Positions 54,201-64,000 of a stretch of 64,000 nt of DNA are shown piece by piece; within the stretch, counting starts at the first letter, position 1; the number at the start of each line of letters is the position of its first letter. The notes beneath the pieces were generated by a model. The model saw only the letters and a list, made by a program, of their open reading frames with translations. It was not told the DNA's origin and ran no database searches. Both the position numbers and the translations under genes were made by a program. The stretch is taken from contig JYFJ02000197.1 of NCBI GenBank assembly GCA_000934665.2, positions 1 to 64,000 of the forward strand, read 5' to 3'. The DNA comes from Catajapyx aquilonaris. Its lineage: Eukaryota.

Positions 54201-54874
54201 TCTCCATTCGGTCCTTCAACCTGTTAATGGTCTCCTGGGCGATGCAATTGTAACTGTACTTGGGGCTATATGTAATTAGGTTCTTCCAAACTGGATGGAC
54301 ATATCCGTGCAGTGCAACGGTTGCCGATACCTGCTGATGACAGTACACTGAACGAACTTAATATTCTGCAGGCGATTTCAATCGCTTCAATGCCAAAGCC
54401 TCTTCCTGAAAATTGACCTCACCATGAATCAAATCAGGCGATATACAGGCTCGGCTTGTCTCAGGCTCTCCAAGGTCGTGACCTGCGACCCCGCACCTTC
54501 TTGGTCACCCTGAGAAAAAAAAGACGTATTTTTTTTTTCTTTTAAAGTTTGGGGTGCTGGGAGTGGGGGTGGAAGGTGGCAGGGTGGGGTACTGTAGTAG
54601 GCGGTACCTGCTTGGAAAATGAACAAAGGCGCCGCTCAACAGGAAGCCTCATCCTGAAGTCACGGGTCCCACATCGCACCTGCCTCGGATATACGTGCTT
54701 TGGGCTTGTTTCGACCGCTTTCTCAACCACGCACACGTGCATACATATACGTACAAGCATTCATATACACACAACGTGTTGTAGAGTGGAACACTGCATT
54801 CCGAGTAATCGTTTGACAACAGTCAAGACCCATTAACTAGTCAGTCATAAGGGAATTGCTCTGGCGATTTGAGC

Positions 54875-54880
54875 TTTATT
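54875..54880 (-). terminator. candidate distal polyadenylation signal AATAAA of knrl
   Basis: AATAAA on the minus strand at the end of a U-rich stretch (54880-55340), with GU-rich sequence downstream (54745-54780). Other AATAAA hexamers occur at 55016, 55631 and 56943. Confidence 0.45.
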
Positions 54881-57600
54881 GTTCAGTTTCGAAAATGAAA
54901 GCCAGATTGAAAACAAAAATTCAACTATGGTATGTACAAGCACAAAAAAATTATACATCAAATTACATACATAAAATAAACTATTCACAACAAGGGTGCA
55001 ATACGTATAGGGAGGTTTATTATACAGTGGAAGTTTACGCACCTGTTTATATTATATATCCTTTTGTGGTACACATTTTAATAACATAATTACCATGAAC
55101 ACACCACTGGCCCCACAGTCCCTCGTGTCAAAAATAGTAATAATAATTGAAATAAAAACGGTGGGTAATCCGTTTTCGTACAATTCAAACGAGACCGAAC
55201 CTGCGGCATCATTTTAACTATCCAATATGAAGAATACTACAATATTCTATGTCACATACAATAATACGACCTAAGTGAATACGACTATTGGAGGTACCGG
55301 AAATTATATATATTTACATAAATATGGCACACACAATATGTTTTGACGGCTGAACAAAAAATTGCGATGAAGAATACAGCAGGGTGGAACCCAGGTGCTT
55401 CTCTCAACAACTATAGCTAGCAGATCACTCCCAAGTGAGCCTTGAGCATATATCCAACTGGGATGCAGGAGGCTGACCAAATGCTGGGAGCGGGGTCAGA
55501 AAATGGCAACCACGAACTTCAATGAGCCATCCAGTGATGTAGCATCAACACCACAGTTGCATGTTGTGTAGATTACTTGACACTTTTACAGGAACGCAAT
55601 GTTCTCTAATTTATGTATTGAGATTATAATTTTATTTGGCTTTAGAAATGCGACTTTGGACTTTGGAGTATTTTCAAATAGACTTATGCATTGCTCTCTA
55701 TACAGTGCTTGCGACTGCCATTTTTTCATAGAACTCACTCCTACACTTAGCGTTTGTGTTTATAATTCGACATGAGATTCTTTGCTTGCTGCATATCAGT
55801 TGAGCATACGTAGTTGTATCATACACAATTCTTTGGAGTGTAGCTGCCGATTGGAGCATTCTGGGTCAGAGTGGAATATTATTCCATATGGAAAGAAAAA
55901 AGAGCAGGAAGCTGCGGGATGCAAATGCTTTCCATGCTGAAGGTATAGGCTAATGTATGTGCAACCAAAAAGTACACTTAATAAAGAAATTATATTGTGC
56001 TAACTGACACAGTGTGGGAGTACTTTTACTATTGCATGTTATGAATAGCCTCTATTAATTCTGCAAGTTTTAACATCGCACAAATGTTTGCATAAGCCTC
56101 CGCAGAATGTATCATTAGCAAAAAGTGCAAACACTGCCTACAATAATACGAAGGTGATATCTTGTCCGAAAAAAAAAATTACAATTACGTCAGCGTAACA
56201 TGAAAAACAATCGCGACCAATACAAACGTAACACATAACAATGATTAAGGATGGAAGCTCCATGAATCAAATAAAATGTAGCCTAATGACTCTTAACATC
56301 AACAAACTGTTCTCGCAAAAAAGAACATAAACACCAAGATCTCTGATAATTATGCTGACACTGCAGGACAAAATGCCACAGTACAGTAACGTTCGGTAAT
56401 TCGCACCCTAAAAGTAATCATTTGGTTCAATATTGCAACATGACGTACTCTCGCCTTGACAATTAGCAGAGTGACTCAACAATAATTCCCCTTTGATGAT
56501 GTAGGGAATGCATGTTGCCAGTAATGCTGCTCACGAAACGTTGGTTGTACATTACCGTAAATGATGTTGCGGTAGGACATGTTCAAGATATTTTAGATTT
56601 AATTTTAATGGAGCTGGATTATAATAATCGTGGATAATATTAAATTATGCAGAAGTTTGTTTAATCTCACAATGTTATAAAACTGGCCTATGATGCATCG
56701 GTGGTGTCAGCGAGATGTGAAACACATTGCGTATTTTTTTCAGCCAGAAACCTTGCAGGTAAATTGGATGGCGTAATGCTGGCGTGGGAGCCTTTGGGAG
56801 GGTGCTCTTCGTTCAAGCTTGCCTTTGCGTTATGCCTTTCCCTCAGGAAATAACACGGTGCATCTCTAGTGCATCATTGCAGTAATTTGCAAGAGCCTGT
56901 ATGAGCATATCTCCAGGGCTATCTCACCTACAGTATTTGCACTTTATTTTGATGGCTATCAAATGGGCTTGCAATTATTAGTATGAAGGTTATGATGCAT
57001 ATCTTGCTGATTAATGTGGATTATATAGTAATTTGTTGGGTGTGAAAGTGAAATTTTTGATCACATTATAACTCATCATACTGCAAGGACATTTGAGATA
57101 TTTGTTATTTTGAAATCTAGAAATGTGCAAGACTTGTAACACTTTGGTATCTCAATCTTTAGTGTAGAGTATTTTCAAATGTGCGAAATAATTTTTTTAA
57201 CTTTATCATATAATACACTGCATTGCATGGCGCACCTTTGAACTACCCCGTGGTCCTGATGTGTTGCTTCACAATTACGAGTTCCAGTTTCAGGAAATAA
57301 TGATTGGTTTGGTAATACTTGTTTCTGCTAAGGTTAAAATTATTTCACAACCAAGCGCTGTCACTCCTTCACAGTTTCAGTTGCACAAACCATGTAAATC
57401 TTAGAAGATATGAGTTCCAAAGCACGCAAGAAGTTCTGTTTGAACACAACGCCGTCATTTCCAGAAACGTGCGCAAAGCCTTTTAAAAGATAACTGTAAA
57501 ACTATTGCTTGACAGAAATATAATCGACATATACAATCCATATTCTATTGAGCACTCGGATCGATTCCATCACTCTTACCTTACCCAACGATGGTCATCC

Positions 57601-58410
57601 TCACGACCTCATACAAGTCAAATCCAGCGGCGTAACCGTCTCCCTCGGAGGCGGTTCTGGTTCCGTTTTCACCCGAAACTCAACCACTTCCTCTTCCAAA
57701 GCAAGTTCTTCGTCTTCATCCGTCGAATCCTCCTTCTTCCTCAGAGACAAGTCTATCGGGGCATCCTGCTGAGACCCTCCGACCGTCAGAGCCTCCGGTT
57801 CCGCCTTTTGCGCTTGCAGAACAGCGTCCAGGAAATTCTTCTTAGCGTACACCTCGTTCACATTTGGTCTGGGACATAGGTAACCAGGGGACGGAAACAC
57901 GAGCTTATGCTGGTGGAATGGACTGGGAATGAAGCCACTCAGCATCGGTAAGGAACCAAAGGCCAATTGGGGTATGAAGTCCTTAGGGTCGTAGAAACCA
58001 GGAACAGGAGGAAGGGGTGCAAGACCACGCGAAATGTATCGGCTTCGGTTGTCACTAGTTTCCACGGACGAGTCCGAGTTGTGCGACTCAGGTGAGGACA
58101 CGGAGGGCGACGAGGTCTTGTACTCTTCGCCGTCCTCAGGCGAAAGGACCCTGCTACTGCTGGTGTCTCCTGGATGGACTTTTGGCGACCCAGAGTTCAT
58201 GTTGGCTTGCTGCTGGAGCAAGCAGTGTATTTTGAACCAGTTGGATCTTCTCCCGTAACGAGATCCGCTCTTTGACATGCCAACCATTAGGCACTTTCGG
58301 AGACGACACGCCTTGCATGATGTCCGGTTCTTCTTGTCTATTACGCACTGGCCGTTGTTTTTGCACTCTTGGATGGACGACAGGTTGTTGTAGGAACGCC
58401 CAAAGAAGGA
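57601..58410 (-). CDS. knrl: knrl terminal coding exon (second zinc finger, kni-box, CtBP-type motifs)
   Basis: Acceptor cttctttttttccag|TCC TTC TTT GGG (SFFG) at 58411/58410. The frame is open for 269 codons to TGA. Confidence 0.96.
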   Translation of the reverse strand, partial: SFFGRSYNNLSSIQECKNNGQCVIDKKNRTSCKACRLRKCLMVGMSKSGSRYGRRSNWFKIHCLLQQQANMNSGSPKVHPGDTSSSRVLSPEDGEEYKTSSPSVSSPESHNSDSSVETSDNRSRYISRGLAPLPPVPGFYDPKDFIPQLAFGSLPMLSGFIPSPFHQHKLVFPSPGYLCPRPNVNEVYAKKNFLDAVLQAQKAEPEALTVGGSQQDAPIDLSLRKKEDSTDEDEELALEEEVVEFRVKTEPEPPPRETVTPLDLTCMRS

Positions 58411-58728
58411 CTGGAAAAAAAGAAGCACTATTAGAGCACTGAATTTGGTGATTTTTAGAACGGTCATGAATTCCTAGGCTGCTTGAGACAACAATAAGCA
58501 TACATGAATTCCATGAATATTATTAGAGCCGACCTCCTGTTGGCAAGGAATGGAATTTTCTTGGACGAATATCACCGTCTCAGAGCCAAACATTTGTAAT
58601 ACCGATGAATAGTTTGTTATTCAGATTTATGGAATAATCAAGTAACCTACCTTGCAGCCCTCGCAAGTGAAGGCACCGAAATGAAAACCAGCCGCAGGTT
58701 CACCACAAACTTTGCACAACTGGTTCAT
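57601..58728 (-). CDS. knrl: knirps-related (NR0A) zinc-finger nuclear receptor lacking a ligand-binding domain; spliced CDS join(58651..58728, 57601..58410), 295 aa
   Basis: Spliced translation begins [70 protein letters not shown], i.e. two C4 fingers. The kni-box [22 protein letters not shown] follows (58213-58278). Downstream blocks [34 protein letters not shown] and C-terminal PLDLT match blocks I recall from Drosophila Knrl rather than Kni or Eagle. Stop TGA at 57603-57601. Confidence 0.95.
58411..58650 (-). other. knrl intron between the zinc-finger exons (240 nt, GT-AG, phase 0)
   Basis: Starts GTAGGT and ends with a pyrimidine tract plus CAG. Splicing restores the conserved CEGCK-SFF junction. 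Confidence 0.95.
58651..58728 (-). CDS. knrl: knrl coding exon for the first zinc finger ([26 protein letters not shown]), missed by the ORF track
   Basis: Minus strand reads ttctctctgcag|ATG AAC CAG TTG TGC ... GGC TGC AAG|gtaggt. The acceptor AG lies directly before the ATG, and a phase-0 GT donor is at 58650-58649. Confidence 0.96.
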
Positions 58729-60054
58729 CTGCAGAGAGAAATATGGAAGGCTTATGGAAGGCAAAAAAAACCGCATTTACTGTTCACCACTAGCTTATTT
58801 GAAAGTTGGTTTACGGTGGCAGTTCATTAGGGAGGACCAAGTGGTAAACAAAAGTTTAATTAAAAGACACGGCGAAAAGACCTCGAGGAATACTGTTCCG
58901 AAGGAAAAATGAAGCAATTGTTCCACAAAAATTCAGTGATGGTTCTAACACCCGGAGAGCCAATCGGAACCATTTTGGCACGCGCATGAAAAATTTGCGT
59001 ATTGTTCTTTTTTCCGTGCAAAACAATGGTAATCAGACAACGTGCCAAATGTGACCTTCGATGTTAATTAATGCGAGATTTACATATTCTCAGGGGCGAG
59101 GGAGGATGACGTTTTGAAGATTTGACAAGTGTTCTCTTTTCACTGGTTAATTAAATCAGCCCCATCCCGTTGCACCAAACAAAGGCAATATGTACTGTCT
59201 GTTTGGAGGATGATGGGCGGGTAATCAAGAGAATAATTAATTGATCGATTCGCATCAATCTTGTTGTATAAGATCGGTACTTGAAAATACGCGTAACTAA
59301 AGTCCGAGGTGAAATTACAACTCATCTATCTCATTCCTAGCATTTGTCTATGTACGTTCGAATCGTAATCAAGACCTATTAAAAGCACGTCACTTTTCTG
59401 TCATTAGAAACACGAATCATTTTTCAAAGTACGCGAAATGTCAACGTTCATTTCACTCATAGGTGGTGTGTTCTGAGCCAAAATAACATAAAGAAGCCAA
59501 AGGTTAAGCGACGTCCTACATATCTGTTTCCTGCAATCGTCGCGGAAAAACAGTGGAAGATATAGCGTGCAACCATTTCTTTGTAAACATGGGCTTTCAC
59601 TTTTTTCACAGAGGCACCGAAGGAAATAATCGCGAATGTTTCAACCTGAAGCTTCTGTCACATATTACTAGTGTGGGAAAATTGTTTTGCAATAGGACGG
59701 CACACTTTGGTTCACTATTTGCACAATCCGGGTCATCCTAAGACGCGGAGGTGTATATGTAACGTACGCGCGTCACAATAACCTTGAACTTTAAGCTCTC
59801 CTACGCATATATGCTTAATTTCTACGAACTGCATAACCCAAAATATAATTACTCGCATTAATCGTCACGTCTTGTTCTAGAAACTTCAACGCTCGAAGAT
59901 GCATCTAACCGGGTGGGGGAAAAACAACTCATATCCGTGTGACTCATCTGTAACAAGAACCACTTTCGCAAATTTTTTACCTTAGCGTGATGTTATCTAA
60001 AAGAGCGGTAACATGTAAGGCAAATTACGACTATAGAACTACGCCTCAACTTAC
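58729..60054 (-). other. probable knrl first intron (1326 nt)
   Basis: Runs from donor GTAAGT (60054-60049) to acceptor ttctctctgcag (ending 58729). A weaker alternative donor AAG|GTAAAA exists at 59981/59980. Confidence 0.55.
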
Positions 60055-60346
60055 CTTTAGCTCGTTCATTTAAAAAAAAAATGTTCAAACCCACATTTCC
60101 GGGAAATTTGAACCGGATCTGTCAGAACCAGAACTCACACTCAGCTCACTTCACTAGAAGATGTCACTAACTAAATCCGGGTATGTTTCTCCGGTGATAT
60201 ATACGTTATATCTTGTATGTTCTACAAGAAAACATGAGGAGTTAAAAAACGGTTTGAAGGCCTGAGCGGCCGCGACTGCTGGACTGGTTGCCTTCTAGTG
60301 GAGGCCGCCGAGTAAAAATTATTGCACAATCCCCCGGTGGTGGACT
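60055..60346 (-). other. probable first exon of knrl (mostly 5' UTR; last 15 nt may encode MNELK)
   Basis: The exon at 58728 starts with a splice acceptor, so an upstream exon is implied. A consensus donor AAG|GTAAGT is at 60055/60054. The 5' boundary is inferred from an Inr-like TCAGTC. Confidence 0.6.
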
Positions 60347-60348
60347 GA
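60343..60348 (-). promoter_or_regulatory. candidate initiator (Inr) TCAGTC for knrl
   Basis: Matches the arthropod Inr consensus TCAKTY, in a GC-richer patch ~290 nt upstream of the first donor. I see no TATA box or convincing DPE. Confidence 0.35.
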
Positions 60349-63300
60349 CTGCTCATTGGGCCTCATCTCTCGCCCCCGGGAAGAAGGAGGGAAAAAAAGG
60401 AAAATAAAAAAGTAGGACTTTGGTCTGCCGTCTTCAACCCTTTCCAATGCTAGTACAGTAGAGGGCATCACTGCTTAGAGGAGGATGAACCAGTTATTGT
60501 TCAGGTTTTTTTCTTCTTCATCGCGATGGTAATTGATAATGTGCGCTATGTATAGAGTCTTATCGTATTGCCTATGGCAATGACTGACTTATTCGTTCTT
60601 TGAAATGTACTATTTTTGCATTACAGGTTGAGTTCGCTCTAATTTTAGTACAGATACCTATATGTAGTAGTGCTGGATAATAATGCAGAAAATTAACAGC
60701 GAATTCCATGTGTAATGAATATCATTAGAAGATTGTGGGGGATGGGTTGAATGTATGGCACACTGCGAAAACTATGGCAACTTTGGTTCAACTTGAAAGT
60801 AGGGTCATTTCAGATTGAGCTGCGGAATTCAAACCGGTTATGATGCGCTTCGATTCCGCGGCTCTTGGAGGATTCTGGGGTTGTGTATTGTCAGTGTCAT
60901 TGTAAAGATATCAGGATGGTACTGGTAGATATCATCTGATTCTTTTTAAAAAGTGACACGTTACTTATATTGTACGTTATAGCATATAGCTTCATTACGT
61001 AATTATTTCGAAAATTTACTCAGTCTAAAGTAGCATGGTAGCATGATCACTCATTGCGCATTATCAAAACGAAATTAAATTCCGGATATATGCGCAAGCT
61101 TTCAATTTCGGTAAGGCCAGTCACGTAGCATAAATAATGTCCATCTGTAGCTTCTATTGCAAAAGTCATTACAGGAGAGGCATTCAAAAAATGATAGGTG
61201 TCTCTTCATGCTTTGTCAGGCGTGCAAATGACACGACTGCCCTAGTCTCAAACTCTTTAAAAAGTATACCACTCTTCACCCATGAATGAAAAGAAATTCT
61301 CTCCTCGATTGGTTCATCGTGAGAAGACAACTCTGTTTCGGAAGGAAGATGAACTGTGATTTTTTTTCTTCTCATAAGTAACTTTTTTTTTGTCACGCCA
61401 TAAGGGAAAGTGATTCGTTCCCCTTGGTTATCAAAGGGAGACTTCAACGCGCGAGTGGCATGGAAACATACTCGAATACATAGTATTTTTTTGTATATTT
61501 ACCTACTGCTCTACGCCATTAGGGCCATTATAGTGAAGGCTACAAAAAGTCACACATTAATTTCCATAGTGTTACAAGTAAACTGAATAAGTTAGATCTT
61601 AGGAATTAAAATTTAAAATTTAACTAAGGAAAATTGGATTTAGGTACAGTTGCAAATAATACTGTGCTAGATGCCAGAGGGCGGTGCACTAATTATTATT
61701 ATCTACAACAATTGATCAAGGTATATTAAAATACATAGTTGAAAGTACCAGAACAAAAGGTTCGTTTGAATGCCTAGGAAATTAAAATAATAAAATAATA
61801 TGTATGTAGGCCTAGTGTATTAGTGATATATTGGATGGATTATTTTTATTTCAAAGTGAATTGCAATGCAAATAAATTGAGTGACGTAAATGTTTAATTG
61901 CCACACTATACTAGGTGCAGTTAAGCCAGATTGTTCGTGCAGATATCATGAACTGATATTTCACACCAACGTTGCCTTGGCGAGAAGCCACTGCAATTAA
62001 AGCTGAGTTTTAATTAATATACGACATAATTGATGAATAAGTAGGACGTGGGATTATAACTTTTTATACAGCCCAGATGGAGGGAACCTATTAGATAATT
62101 TGCCTCTCCTACAATGAGGAAGCTTAGCCAAGACTTTGCATCACCCCCCTTTTTATGTCAGGCAAGACAGTCTTCCACAGGATCTTAACTTCCACTGTGG
62201 GAGACATGGTTGGACAGCAACCTTGCACTCGTTTCAACGCCTTCTGACTTCTGGGTTGCAGAATTTTAGGGCGGTGTCTGGAGAGTAACGCAGTGGAACT
62301 CCCATGTTGCACCGAGGCCTTGACATACAAGCCTTCCTACTTATTCTACTGAGGATTGAATCCACATTTTAGGGGGAAAAACACATCGCTGATTTAGAGA
62401 GATCGGTATTTATGACCACTTGCGACATATCATTTTGAATGGAAATTACTATGTGAACCTATTTTCAGCTGCAACTACGATTAGTTTAACATCAATGAAC
62501 AATAAATTTTTCCATGTCACTGAACATGTGATGGAATGTTGATCTGGTTCTAATAACCTAATGACTGCAGGTGCCTTAGGGGTCACATTTATTAAACCAC
62601 ACCCAGTAATTTGACAGCGTTTAGAAGCGATTCAGTCGGAATATTAATACATGGTCAGCGTAAGAAACCTATGATTGCTCCAGATTGCAAATGTCACCTT
62701 AGCATAAGTTACTTGCAGAGTAGGCTACACCCTTGTATTATTATACGACTCATCAAATCACACTATACAAGGTGACCTCTCGCCTTGTCCTTCCCATAAC
62801 TATTCAGACTTTGCCAGCAGACGCCGGTATACCTAACAATTTTACAAAAATTAAATAACAATTGTGCACAGCGTGCAAATTACCTTGCGCTCCTTAAAAA
62901 TGACGCTTACACGACCAAGAAATAAAGGTGTCAAGACAGCTCGCGTAACTCTTGTTCGTGACCTCAATTTAAGAACGCACAAGATGAAGACAGATCAGAA
63001 AGCAATGCAAACGCGCATGTAAAAACACAGCCTCTTCGTAACGGTTTGAATGCTTTCGTGCTCAACCTAGTATTGTTCCGGACTCGGGTTCCGTAAGTGT
63101 TTCTTCTAACCGAATTGTGCACGAAGCCAGGATGACTTTTTTTAAAAAAGAGTGAGCAACATCTCGGTGGTTTCTTTTATTCTTTTTTTGGAAAACAAAT
63201 TACGAAGAGTCATGCAACCAAGTTGACGAAAAATGCCAAGATTGCTGTCTTCGCAAACTGTCCTTGAGGTGCATACACAATAATGTTTTTGTTAGCTCCT

Positions 63301-64000
63301 TTTTATTGTGCTGCAGGCTGTGAGAAAAACGGTTTTTTTTTTCAAGATGAATATTAGTTTCATAACATTACACAAAAGGAGGAGCAGAGTGGGAAGAATT
63401 CAGTCCTGAGAGCAAGTCAGGCGAAGTTTTTCGATGAGGTTTTGCGAAAAAGTTGACGTCATCAGGAGGAGCAGTGTAGGCCTAGGTCTTGGCCCCAAGA
63501 GATGATTTTTATCGTGCGCGCATTATTGTACAACACATTTTACATTACGCTATGCCTTAAGGTGTTTGGTGGAGCTGCGTTGATTATAAGGTTCTGTGAG
63601 AAGATTGCCACAGGTTTCAGCCACTGGAATTACAAGCAACATGCGTGCAATCAAATTCTTGTGAGCAGCTGTAAAAAAATATAATGTGGTAAACACCTCG
63701 GATGAAAGGATGTCCTTTTTATTAGCCTGTAGTTATCAATTATTCTCAAAGACTATTATTGTAATATATTCAATTAAGCTCGGGCTCCAGTGTCTAGATA
63801 TCATATCTTACCCACAGCGTCTGTGACAGACAATTTTGGATGAACACGTCGGCTTACAGTATGTGACTGGCGGCTTGAAGGCTACATACTGACTGGCCAT
63901 AACCATCTGTATGAAGGGGGAGTGGGGGACAGCCTATGACAACTCAGCTCACCCCAAGCCGCACCGATTCTTGGAGCGAATGTGCACTTAAAAATTGTTA

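Noticed and set aside
58411..58467. ORF-track start [19 protein letters not shown] as the real N-terminus of the 288-aa ORF
   Set aside because: It is intronic (a pyrimidine tract plus CAG acceptor). The conserved first zinc finger is encoded at 58651-58728.
57505..58501. Overlapping ORFs 57505-57879(+), 57548-57772(+), 58034-58258(+), 58154-58501(-)
   Set aside because: Antisense or alternate-frame shadows of the knrl exon, with no independent features.
41923..63484. TAGGCCTA palindromes at 41923, 46739, 61807 and 63477 as a second footprint class
   Set aside because: Only four copies, and the related TAGGCTA/TAGCCTA are near expectation. Too few to claim.
1..64000. tRNA, rRNA, snRNA or intact transposase/reverse-transcriptase genes
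   Set aside because: None recognised by eye. Covariance-model and profile searches were not possible, so short or diverged ones could be missed.

Overview
Eukaryotic, arthropod (most likely insect) genomic DNA. The only protein-coding gene I can support is a minus-strand knirps-related (knrl, NR0A family) nuclear receptor near the right end. It has a 78-nt first zinc-finger exon (58651-58728) and an 810-nt terminal coding exon (57601-58410), giving 295 aa. It probably also has an upstream exon ending at 60055 that may add MNELK, and a probable ~2.7 kb 3' UTR. The ~54 kb downstream of the gene has no credible coding sequence and looks like a developmental-regulator gene desert. It contains candidate cis-regulatory motif clusters (Su(H), nuclear-receptor half-sites, a phased CCAAT array), a few decayed transposon ends, microsatellites and an apparent excess of Tc1-type excision footprints. 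I did not find a clearly new biological system; the findings are leads ranked by interest, and all counts were made by eye.
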